Shown: positions 1-8,628 of the stretch, in pieces | Numbering within the stretch: the first letter of the stretch is position 1 | Layout of the letters: each line of letters begins with the position of its first letter | Source: Pseudothermotoga sp. | GTDB taxonomy: Bacteria > Thermotogota > Thermotogae > Thermotogales > DSM-5069 | Strand: one strand, 5' to 3' | Assembly: GCA_031962025.1 (NCBI GenBank) | Contig: JAVRKW010000003.1 | Length of the DNA: 64,000 bases | Made by a program: the position numbers and the translations under genes | The notes under the pieces: generated by a model | Databases searched by the model: none | The model's input: the letters and a program-made list of their open reading frames with translations, nothing else | Told to the model about the DNA's origin: nothing

Positions 1-12
1 GCTGTACAGATT

Positions 13-771
13 TTGAAAAAATACATAAACCTTCTGCCGGTTGAAGTCGGCGTTGCTGAACTTGAAAAGTACAGAGAAAAACTCGATCAGTACCACAGGC
101 ACATCTTTCTCTCCACAGTATATGTTCAGAACGGTTTTTGCGTTTTTTCGGCAGTTGATACCGAAAAAAGAAAGATCATGGGTATTTGTATATCCGATCC
201 GTTTGAAAAAAATCTGGCTATTTACAGCTCATCTGTTGATTGTGAAGTTTTGCAAAAAGCCCACAGTGAACTCTTTGGTAAAAAGGCAGAGTTTTGTAAA
301 AGCGGAATCACAAGGTTACCTTTTCAATACAGAGTTTTGGCAGTTGTTGGTGATGAAGATTTTCTCAGTAAAGAAATGTTGAAGGAAAAGATCTATGGTT
401 TAGAGAATCTGTCTTTCTGCCAGAAAATCGACCAGGAACATTTTGAAAAACTCTGCAGACTGAATGAGAAAAAAGTGGATTTTGCTGTGATTTATCCTCT
501 TGATGAATATATCGTCTGTATTCTAACCATGCCTGAATATGTGGACAAAGATCATGTCTCTCTACTCTCTGAAATCTCACGCATCTACAGGAAAAAATAC
601 GGTGCGCCGTATCAGGGAAACGTGGGTAAGATAAAAAAACTCACATCGGTTCTGAGCGCTTTTGTGGTTTCTTACGAAGATTTTCTGAAGGGTTTTGATA
701 TCGAAAAAAACTGCCTTGAACTGTGTCAGAAGATCAAAAAAGCTTACAGATGTGTCATCGATCTTGCCTGA
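13..771 (+). CDS. hypothetical protein (252 aa), no recognised family
   Basis: Long ORF with TTG start; converges on and overlaps the next gene by 17 nt; true start could lie upstream of the window. Confidence 0.65.
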   Translation: MKKYINLLPVEVGVAELEKYREKLDQYHRHIFLSTVYVQNGFCVFSAVDTEKRKIMGICISDPFEKNLAIYSSSVDCEVLQKAHSELFGKKAEFCKSGITRLPFQYRVLAVVGDEDFLSKEMLKEKIYGLENLSFCQKIDQEHFEKLCRLNEKKVDFAVIYPLDEYIVCILTMPEYVDKDHVSLLSEISRIYRKKYGAPYQGNVGKIKKLTSVLSAFVVSYEDFLKGFDIEKNCLELCQKIKKAYRCVIDLA

Positions 772-1786
772 TAACAACATACCTTCCCTTTTGATCTTCT
801 ATTCTCACAAATTCATCGAAAACAGTCAGAAAAATCCTCGAGCCCATTCGTGAAAGGGCAGATCTGAGCCTGTGTGGAGATACCTGTATCTGGAATGGTT
901 TTTGAAGGCCTGCGTCCAGTTCCGCTCTGTACTGTACGGTGCCGTACGATCCATAAAAGTGGATCTTGCTTTCAGTTCCAGTGATTCTCAAAGGAGTATC
1001 TTTTGGTAAAAGCCATGCGGCTTTGGAAACAAATTTTGCAAAAGCCGAATAAAGCTGATACGATTCTGAATTGACCATTATCTGTTCAATTCTATCATGC
1101 TTGGAATCTTTCTCTCCACAAACCTGCATTGCAAAATCTTCACAGATCAGGCTGAACCAGTTATCTCCAATCGCAAGAGTTAATGGACAGTCCTTTTCAT
1201 AGACTTTCAGGGCTTTCACGATATGCCTGCTGCTCATATACGGAATTGAGAAGGAGAATTGTTCATTGATGCTGTCATCGACTCTACAAAGGCTGGTAAT
1301 TGTTCTTGAAGGAGAGATAATTATCAAAGAGCTGTCAAAGGATGCAAGACAGGTCATATCGCCTTCTTCCAGTGCAGCCGTGGCAAAGTCCAGAAAATTC
1401 ATGAACTTCACCAGTCTTGTTTTTCCAGCTTCTTTGAAAGGCTTCATGTGTTCTCTTTCTTTTGGCTGTGATGTTTTTATTCTCAGTGTTTCCTGATATC
1501 CCTGCAGTGTTATCTGATCCTGTAAAATCACAAGACGAATTTCCTGTGATTTTTCTCCAGCCAGAAAACCTTTCAAAAGTTTCAGTCCAACCGGAATTTC
1601 ACCATAAAACGGTTCACACTCAGCGATCTTCATCCAGCAGGTTAGGCATCCATCTGTGGCTTTCATGACCAGCCCATCTTTGTAAGACAGAAAAACATTC
1701 CCGAAACTGTATTCGGAAGAACCCATTATTTTATCGCAGAATCTAAGCCAGTGGATCAGTGAACCTGTCTTGATAAGAGCTTTCAA
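755..1786 (-). CDS. divergent DNA polymerase III beta sliding-clamp (DnaN)-like protein
   Basis: 343 aa; segments GNVFLSYKDGLVMKATDG, PLTLAIGDNWFSLICEDF and C-terminal FVRIEDQKGRYVVI align by eye with domains 1, 2 and 3 of DnaN; TTG start immediately follows the ddl stop. Confidence 0.65.
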   Translation of the reverse strand: MKALIKTGSLIHWLRFCDKIMGSSEYSFGNVFLSYKDGLVMKATDGCLTCWMKIAECEPFYGEIPVGLKLLKGFLAGEKSQEIRLVILQDQITLQGYQETLRIKTSQPKEREHMKPFKEAGKTRLVKFMNFLDFATAALEEGDMTCLASFDSSLIIISPSRTITSLCRVDDSINEQFSFSIPYMSSRHIVKALKVYEKDCPLTLAIGDNWFSLICEDFAMQVCGEKDSKHDRIEQIMVNSESYQLYSAFAKFVSKAAWLLPKDTPLRITGTESKIHFYGSYGTVQYRAELDAGLQKPFQIQVSPHRLRSALSRMGSRIFLTVFDEFVRIEDQKGRYVVIRQDR

Positions 1787-2680
1787 TCATTTCACCACCG
1801 TGTGGATTATAGCATCGATTAACTGTTCAAAACTCATTCCAGCAGCTCTGGCAGAAGCTGGAAGATCGCTCAGATCTGTAAGACCAGGTATTGTATTCAG
1901 TTCAAGCACATAAAAAATACCGTCTTTGAGTATTCCATCAACCCTTGCAAACCCTTCACATTCACAAACTTCAAAAGCTTTTAACGCAGATTGAGTGACC
2001 TGCTCGTACTCCTGCTGAGATAAAGGTGCCGGCAGAATAAACTGTGTCATGTTCGGAGTGTACTTTGCCGTGTAATCATAAAATCTTCTTTTTGGTTTTA
2101 GCTCTAAAATTGGAAGTACCTGTGGCTTTCCATCCAGTTCCAGTATGGAGACAGTCAATTCCCTGCCCGGTATATACTTTTGTACAATCATTTCATCATA
2201 AATTGAAAGTTCCTGCAAAAGTGCCTGATAAAGTTGCTCCGGATCATCGCAGATATGAACGCCTATGCTTGAACCTTCTCTTCTTGGTTTAATAACACAT
2301 GGGAATCCGAACGGTGATTCCCTAACAGGTTGCTTCACCAGAACATATTCAGGGTACGTGACAGTGCCGTTCAATGTGCGGTATGTCATGACCTTGTCAA
2401 AACAGATCGCACTCGAAAGCACCTTTGAACCGGTGTATTTTATACCAAGCCAATCGAGAATAGCCTGGACTACACCATCTTCACCAAACTGCCCGTGTAG
2501 TGCATTGAAAACAAGATCGAAATTTTTAAGCTCAGGGGCAATCTTTAAAAAATCACCATTCACGTCCACCGCAACTACTTCATGACCGAGTTTTTTCAGT
2601 GCTTTAACGACATTTTCTCCACTCTTTAGAGATATCGGTCGTTCACGTGACACTCCACCAAGCAGTACAGCGATCTTCAC
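1787..2680 (-). CDS. ddl: D-alanine--D-alanine ligase
   Basis: IAVLLGGVSRER, LHGQFGEDG, VIKPRREGSSIG, FYDYTAKY and ELNTIPG ATP-grasp Ddl motifs; GGAG SD before GTG. Confidence 0.95.
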   Translation of the reverse strand: MKIAVLLGGVSRERPISLKSGENVVKALKKLGHEVVAVDVNGDFLKIAPELKNFDLVFNALHGQFGEDGVVQAILDWLGIKYTGSKVLSSAICFDKVMTYRTLNGTVTYPEYVLVKQPVRESPFGFPCVIKPRREGSSIGVHICDDPEQLYQALLQELSIYDEMIVQKYIPGRELTVSILELDGKPQVLPILELKPKRRFYDYTAKYTPNMTQFILPAPLSQQEYEQVTQSALKAFEVCECEGFARVDGILKDGIFYVLELNTIPGLTDLSDLPASARAAGMSFEQLIDAIIHTVVK

Positions 2681-2754
2681 ACTACCGCACTCCTTTCTGT
2701 CTAAGGTATTTTACAATGCCAAAAAGGTGTACAATCAACAAAGTGATGAATTTT

Positions 2755-3714
2755 ATGAAAAAAGCCCTGTGCCTTTTGATGATAATGTGTGCTGTGTACG
2801 GATGTGTGAGATACGAACCAAGCTTGCTGAACGATCTTCAGATAAGATACATCGCTATAATGTACAGATACGGACCTTTTCACACCATTGAAGAAATCAA
2901 GGAACTTGTCGAACAGAGCGATTATGATGATGATGTTCTAAAATACTACAACTATTTTCGCGGGACGGTTGATCTTGAGGATGTGAAATTTTTCCAGAAG
3001 GCAGAAGTATATGATCAAAGGATTAAAGATTACATTCAAAAACATTTGCCCGTGAACAATTCAGATGATAGTTTGTTCATAGATAACTTCGATGATCCAT
3101 TGCCTTTGCAGATTATTGACACAAAATCCGAATATCAGAGTGCTCTTTCTGAAAGGATTTATCGACTTTTGGAGAGAGACTGGCAAAGCATGGGTCTGTT
3201 CAGAGTCTGGTATGAGGATTTTTATAAAAATGAGATCTGTGCAGAACAGTTGAAAAGATATGCTGATTTGATTGCACAGATAACCTGTATTTATTCATCA
3301 AAAGTACTTGAAAGAGTTCGTGAGACTTCGTCAACATTCTACATAAAGTTTGTTGATATGTCAAAAATTCCACCCGAACTATTGCTAGCGATTGCGTACA
3401 AAGAATCAAGGTTTTTTCCGGGTTCTTTCAGGGCAGAGATATATCAGGATAAAATACAGGCTGTTTCATTGGGCTTATGTCATATTCTGGTCGATGCCGA
3501 TACACTGGATCTTGACTTTGCGGATATAGGTGATCAAAAGGTTGATATGAGAACCTTTGAACTAATCGGTTATTACTATTTAGGCAATGATTACGCCCAA
3601 AAAAACGTTTTTGATGAAATTGACCTGATCCAGTTGAGGGGAAACATTCTGGTTTGTTTGATACAGCTCTCGCTCATATATGAAAAACTTCGACTTTCTG
3701 GTGTTATATATTGA
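2755..3714 (+). CDS. lipoprotein with C-terminal lytic transglycosylase (SLT)-like domain
   Basis: MKKALCLLMIMCAVYG-C lipobox-like signal (ATG 2755 preferred to track start 2647); IPPELLLAIAYKESRF (catalytic E-S motif) and SLGLCHI (GLMQ-like). Confidence 0.65.
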   Translation: MKKALCLLMIMCAVYGCVRYEPSLLNDLQIRYIAIMYRYGPFHTIEEIKELVEQSDYDDDVLKYYNYFRGTVDLEDVKFFQKAEVYDQRIKDYIQKHLPVNNSDDSLFIDNFDDPLPLQIIDTKSEYQSALSERIYRLLERDWQSMGLFRVWYEDFYKNEICAEQLKRYADLIAQITCIYSSKVLERVRETSSTFYIKFVDMSKIPPELLLAIAYKESRFFPGSFRAEIYQDKIQAVSLGLCHILVDADTLDLDFADIGDQKVDMRTFELIGYYYLGNDYAQKNVFDEIDLIQLRGNILVCLIQLSLIYEKLRLSGVIY

Positions 3715-3762
3715 ACGGTAAGGTTTTGTGTGATATCATCTTTGTGGATGATATATCAACTG

Positions 3763-3790
3763 TTGAAATTTTTTCAGATTGTGGTATAAT
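3763..3790 (+). promoter_or_regulatory. sigma70-type promoter for tRNA-Glu
   Basis: TTGAAA-N16-TATAAT with extended TGn, 11 nt upstream of the tRNA. Confidence 0.7.
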
Positions 3791-3801
3791 ATAAATTGCA
3801 T

Positions 3802-3876
3802 GGCCCCATAGGATAATGGCTAGTCCATCGGATTCTCAGTCCGAAGGTCGGGGTTCGATTCCCCGTGGGGCTGCCA
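3802..3876 (+). tRNA. tRNA-Glu (anticodon CTC)
   Basis: Cloverleaf GGCCCCA/TGGGGCT acceptor, TCGGA-TTCTCAG-TCCGA anticodon arm, CGGGG-TTCGATT-CCCCG T arm, encoded CCA. Confidence 0.95.
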
Positions 3877-3907
3877 CCTTTTTCCCGACTTTCGTTTTCC
3901 TACTGAC

Positions 3908-3937
3908 ATAAAGCCCGCTGGCAAGAGCGGGCTTTAT
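3908..3937. terminator. hairpin, likely tRNA-Glu terminator
   Basis: ATAAAGCCCGCT-GGCAAG-AGCGGGCTTTAT 12-bp stem. Confidence 0.7.
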
Positions 3938-4019
3938 TATTGATTGATCTCTCAGTGGTTACTTCTGAACAAACTTGAAAACCACATTAGAACCGCAGTA
4001 CATACCAAAAAATTCTATT

Positions 4020-4049
4020 AAGCGGTCTTTTGACCGCTTTTTGTTTTTT
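4020..4049 (+). terminator. intrinsic terminator
   Basis: AAGCGGTC-TTTT-GACCGCTT followed by a long T tract. Confidence 0.7.
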
Positions 4050-4144
4050 GTATTTGATGCATTGCCAATAAAAAAAGAAAGTACGCGTGAGCAAAGCCTG
4101 TGGTAAAATTAGAGTGAAATAATCTAATTTTAGGAGGTGTTAAG

Positions 4145-5329
4145 GTGAGTCAGGGTGTTGGAAAACAGCAGAAAAAAGAGATGATAAAAAACATAATAAG
4201 AGAACTTCACAGGGGTATGACGCCGCAACAGGCTAAAGAAAAATTTGAAAAAGAAATAGGCTCCATCACTTCTTTTGAGATAGCTCAAATAGAACAGGAA
4301 TTGATCAACGAAGGTGTTTCTACAGAAGAGATAAAGCAATTTTGCAATGTCCACGCGTTGCTGTTTAAAAGCATACTCTCTGAAAGTTTCAAGGATGTTG
4401 AATATCCGGTACATCCTGTCAATCTTCTTAAACAGGAAAACCAGCAGATCAAAAAACTCATTGAAAAGATCAAAAAGGCGGTTCAGGAAAAAAACATCGA
4501 TACACTGTCAGGTCTTCTTGAAGAGCTCAAAAAGATCGATGTACATTACAGCACAAAGGAACAGTTGCTCTTCCCATATCTTGAGAAGCATGGATTCATG
4601 GGACCATCGAAAGTCATGTGGGGGAAACACAATGATATAAGGGCAATGATGAAAAATGCCATTGATGCTTTAGAAAAAGTGGAGTTCGACGAATATGTTA
4701 AAAAGTATTTGAATCCATTGATTCAAGAGATAGACGGTATGATATTCAAAGAGGAAAACATACTCTTTCCATCAGCTCTTGAGATGCTTTCACCTCAGGA
4801 ATGGGTTGAGATATTGAAGGAAATCAGAGAAACTGGTTTTGCCTTCATAAAACTTCCTGCTACACTCGATAAACTCATAGAGGAATTTGAGGCAAATCTT
4901 TCAACAGGTCCGAAGATTGAAGATGGTCAGATAGTTTTTGATACAGGAAAACTGACACTTGATGAGCTCGAATCAGTACTCAACACATTGCCGGTTGATA
5001 TCACTTTTGTTGATAAAAACGACAAGGTAAAGTACTTTTCAAAATCAAAGGATAGGATCTTCCTCAGGACCAGAAGCGTTCTTGGACGAGAGGTTCAAAA
5101 CTGCCATCCACCGCAAAGCGTTGATAAAGTAAAGCAAATTGTTGAGTGGTTCAAAAAAGGTGAGAAGGATTCTGTTGATTTCTGGATAAACTTCAAAGGT
5201 AGGCTTGTTTATATCAGATACTTTGCTGTGAGAGACAAAAATGGAAAGTATCTTGGCACTCTTGAAGTTACTCAGGATATAACTCAGATAAAAAAATTGG
5301 AAGGAGAAAAAAGACTTTTAGATCAATAG
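4145..5329 (+). CDS. DUF438 / hemerythrin-like / PAS domain protein
   Basis: EIAQIEQELI..FCNVH (DUF438), HYSTKEQLLFPYLE and FKEENILFP (hemerythrin HHE), LPVDITFVD..CHPPQS (PAS); AGGAGG SD. Confidence 0.85.
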   Translation: MSQGVGKQQKKEMIKNIIRELHRGMTPQQAKEKFEKEIGSITSFEIAQIEQELINEGVSTEEIKQFCNVHALLFKSILSESFKDVEYPVHPVNLLKQENQQIKKLIEKIKKAVQEKNIDTLSGLLEELKKIDVHYSTKEQLLFPYLEKHGFMGPSKVMWGKHNDIRAMMKNAIDALEKVEFDEYVKKYLNPLIQEIDGMIFKEENILFPSALEMLSPQEWVEILKEIRETGFAFIKLPATLDKLIEEFEANLSTGPKIEDGQIVFDTGKLTLDELESVLNTLPVDITFVDKNDKVKYFSKSKDRIFLRTRSVLGREVQNCHPPQSVDKVKQIVEWFKKGEKDSVDFWINFKGRLVYIRYFAVRDKNGKYLGTLEVTQDITQIKKLEGEKRLLDQ

Positions 5330-5352
5330 TTGATGAAAGAAGGAGTGATTTT

Positions 5353-5562
5353 ATGAGATATTTGCTGAACGTGCCTGATATTTCTTGCAACCACTGTAAG
5401 ATGAGAATATCAGAAAAATTACAACAAATCGGTCTAAAAGAGTATGAGATCGACTTATCAAAAAAGACAGTTGTGGTTGAAACAGAAGATATACAAAAAG
5501 TGATTGATGAACTTGCAAAGATAGGTTATCCCGTAGAGAGATTTGAAAAGTATAGCTATTGA
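5353..5562 (+). CDS. heavy-metal-associated (CopZ-like) metallochaperone
   Basis: VPDISCNHC CxxC motif in a 69-aa HMA fold; AAGGAG SD. Confidence 0.85.
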   Translation: MRYLLNVPDISCNHCKMRISEKLQQIGLKEYEIDLSKKTVVVETEDIQKVIDELAKIGYPVERFEKYSY

Positions 5563-5700
5563 TGGTGGGATTTTGAATGTGAGGGATTTGAAAAGACTCC
5601 ATCTTTCGCGAAATTCAATTGAATGACCAGCTGCCAGTGTTCACAAATTAAAAAAATGTGGTTTAATATAATTAACACTACAAGAAGGCAGTTGGCGATT

Positions 5701-8628
5701 GTGAGGTGGATAGTAAAGCAGGTTGATCAGCAACAGGTTCGGTTGCTGTGTGATCAGTTACAGATAAGCCCTTTTCTTGCAAAATTACTGATAAACAGAG
5801 GTTTGAAAGAACCTGAGCTTGTGTATAATTTTTTAAATCCAAGTGTGGAAGATCTGCACGATCCGATGTATTTAACCGATATGGATCGTGCTGTTGGTTT
5901 GTTATTTCAAGCCAGAGCACATCGTTTACCCGTTTTGATTTATGGAGACTACGATGTCGATGGAATAACGGGTGTTGCCGTACTTAAAGAATTCCTGGAC
6001 AGATATGGCTGGGTCACGGAATACTACATTCCAAAGAGAATGGACGAGGGGTATGGTATACAGCCTTCCGTGATTGAGCAGTTCTGTAAAAGATGCAAGG
6101 GAATCATTTTGACTGTTGATTGTGGTATTACCGCTTTTGAAGCGATCGACTTTGCTAACTCTTTTGATTGCCCCGTTATAGTTACAGACCATCACGAAGT
6201 TGGAGAAAAACTCCCGAAGGCTACGGCTATCATTGATCCCAAAAGAGCGGACGACAGTTATCCCTTCAAAGATCTGGCTGGTGTTGGAGTTGCTTTTAAA
6301 CTTGTCTGTGCACTTGCTGAACAGATGAAAATCAACTTGGAAGAATTTTCCGATCTGCTTGAATTTGTAGCGCTTGGTACGATTGCAGATATGGTCAGAC
6401 TGGTCGATGAGAATCGTTTTCTGGTGAAGGCTGGCTTACAAAGATTGAGACAAACAAAAAGACCAGGGTTGTCAATGCTGTTTTCACGGCTTTGCATAAC
6501 TGAGCCAGACTCGAGGGATATTGGTTACAGGGTTGCTCCAAAGTTGAACGCAGCAGGAAGGCTTGATTATGCAGATGATGCATTTCAGCTTCTGGTTGCT
6601 AAGGATAAAGTATACGCTGAGAGACTCGTGGAACTTCTTTTTGAGTACAACACGACAAGACAGGAAATCGAGGCTGATATCTTTGCTCATGCCGTTGAAC
6701 AGATAGAAGAATATGAACTGCATAAAGATCCGGTTATAGTTGTAAAAGGACGGGATTGGCACGTTGGTGTGATAGGTATCGTTGCAACACGACTGGTTCA
6801 CAGATATGGAAGACCTGTTATGGTCATATCGGAAACTGAGGGAGTTGCACGAGGTTCTGCACGAAGTGTACCGGAGGTCAATCTCATTGAGTTGCTTCAG
6901 CCACTGTCTTCTTATTTCAAAGAATTCGGTGGTCATTCGCTGGCTGTCGGATTCAGTTTAAATCCAGACGGGATAGACCCTTTCATCGAAGCTCTGAGAA
7001 ATTGCAAGATTCCAATTAGAGATTCTTTTGACATCATAGAAATAGATGATGAGATTCAGTTGGAGCAAATTGATGAACAGATGATGAAAGATTTGCAGTT
7101 ACTTGAACCATTTGGTCATGGTAATCCTGAGCCTGTCTTTCTTTCAAAAAATGTGCCTGTGGAGTTTATAAGAACTTTCGGTCAAAACCATGTAAATGTC
7201 AAAATGCTGATTCGTGCCAATGGAAAAAGAATAGAAGCGCTCGGTTTTGGGCTGGGATATCTGCTGGATAAACCAGGCTATGAATCTACCAGTGTTGATA
7301 TCGTTTTCAGTATAAGAAACCACAAAGCCCCACTGTCTTTGAATATCATGGACCTATCTTTGCCTGAAAAAGTTTATGAGTCAAGCGACGGTAGCGAGAT
7401 ATCACAGAAACTGCTTCACCTTGATCAACTGTTAACCCAGATAAAAGGGAAACGCCTGTACATCCTTGACCTTAGAACGAGAAATGCGTTTTTGTACTGG
7501 CTGAAAGAAAAAACAAACCTGAGGTGTGCTGTCATTTCCATAAACAACGTTATTTCTTCACATCTGCACCAGAGCCTTTTAAGGCATGTCCAGAGCAGGA
7601 TATCTTATGTAAATTCTTTGAACAGAAATGCTTCTGATAGATTCACTTTTATGACACTTTCGTATTTTTTGAGTGAAAAGGACAAGCTTTACAATCAGTA
7701 TGATATCTTTTTGATCAACGAACTTTCACTGTTCAGATTTTTTGAAGATCAACCACAGGTTGCTGATTTTCTTGGATTTGTAGAAAGGAACATTCAAAAA
7801 TTCATAGCGATAAGCGTGAAGAACCCGGATGATTTATTCAATTTCGCCGCAAAACTCGGTTTTGAAATATCTTACGAAAGATCGCTGAAGCTCAACTACG
7901 GTTTGGCAGACATATCAGATGACATTGACTCGGTTCTGAATGATGCTTCCTGCTTTTTGTTCTCCGACCAGCGAAAATTGTCAGATTTCTACAAAAGATT
8001 CAAAGATAGGTGGAACAACAGAGAAGTTCTCATATACTCGCATACACTCAAACCGGCTCAGCGTTTGAGCGTGGTCAGCAGTGTTAGAAAAAGAAAACCC
8101 ATTAAGCTGATTAGCTCTACGAATACCGATGGCTTGCCGGCACTTCTGGGTCAAGACGTGGAAATTGCTGTTCTCGATGCACCTTTGAGTCTATTTGAGT
8201 TACTGGATGCCGTTTCCTGCGATGGAGATAATCAGCTCTTTGATCTGTGTTTTAAAAGCGAGAGTATTTATGAAAGGCAAAATGAGCTTGAAGAACTTTT
8301 TCCTTCAAAAGAATTTGTGAATGAAATAATATCGGATGTTGGCAATGGTGAAATGAATCAGGAAGAATTTCTCAACATGCTTGTACAGCAAGGTCGTTTC
8401 AAAAATCCATCCTATGCAAAAGTAGTGCTGAATATTCTCAAAGACCTTGGAGCTGTTATTAACCCTGAAAAGATTTCCTTTGCTCAGATAGATCTTTCAC
8501 GAACACCTGTGAGAATCATGGAAAGAGAACTTGAACTTGCTTATTTTCATAAAGTGACAAAACCATTTTTGATGCAGAAAGTGAAGGGTATCTACAGAGC
8601 ACTGGCAAATGTGAGAACGGTGATTTGA
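5701..8628 (+). CDS. recJ: ssDNA-specific exonuclease RecJ with long C-terminal extension
   Basis: YGDYDVDG, TVDCG, TDHH, GTIAD, NAAGRL, GSARS, FGGH and LEPFGHGN motifs; GTG 5701 is the likely start (track start 5623). Confidence 0.93.
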   Translation: MRWIVKQVDQQQVRLLCDQLQISPFLAKLLINRGLKEPELVYNFLNPSVEDLHDPMYLTDMDRAVGLLFQARAHRLPVLIYGDYDVDGITGVAVLKEFLDRYGWVTEYYIPKRMDEGYGIQPSVIEQFCKRCKGIILTVDCGITAFEAIDFANSFDCPVIVTDHHEVGEKLPKATAIIDPKRADDSYPFKDLAGVGVAFKLVCALAEQMKINLEEFSDLLEFVALGTIADMVRLVDENRFLVKAGLQRLRQTKRPGLSMLFSRLCITEPDSRDIGYRVAPKLNAAGRLDYADDAFQLLVAKDKVYAERLVELLFEYNTTRQEIEADIFAHAVEQIEEYELHKDPVIVVKGRDWHVGVIGIVATRLVHRYGRPVMVISETEGVARGSARSVPEVNLIELLQPLSSYFKEFGGHSLAVGFSLNPDGIDPFIEALRNCKIPIRDSFDIIEIDDEIQLEQIDEQMMKDLQLLEPFGHGNPEPVFLSKNVPVEFIRTFGQNHVNVKMLIRANGKRIEALGFGLGYLLDKPGYESTSVDIVFSIRNHKAPLSLNIMDLSLPEKVYESSDGSEISQKLLHLDQLLTQIKGKRLYILDLRTRNAFLYWLKEKTNLRCAVISINNVISSHLHQSLLRHVQSRISYVNSLNRNASDRFTFMTLSYFLSEKDKLYNQYDIFLINELSLFRFFEDQPQVADFLGFVERNIQKFIAISVKNPDDLFNFAAKLGFEISYERSLKLNYGLADISDDIDSVLNDASCFLFSDQRKLSDFYKRFKDRWNNREVLIYSHTLKPAQRLSVVSSVRKRKPIKLISSTNTDGLPALLGQDVEIAVLDAPLSLFELLDAVSCDGDNQLFDLCFKSESIYERQNELEELFPSKEFVNEIISDVGNGEMNQEEFLNMLVQQGRFKNPSYAKVVLNILKDLGAVINPEKISFAQIDLSRTPVRIMERELELAYFHKVTKPFLMQKVKGIYRALANVRTVI

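Noticed and set aside
5630..5636. GCTGCCA matching the tRNA-Glu 3' end (possible att site)
   Set aside because: Only 7 bp, expected by chance; no integrase nearby
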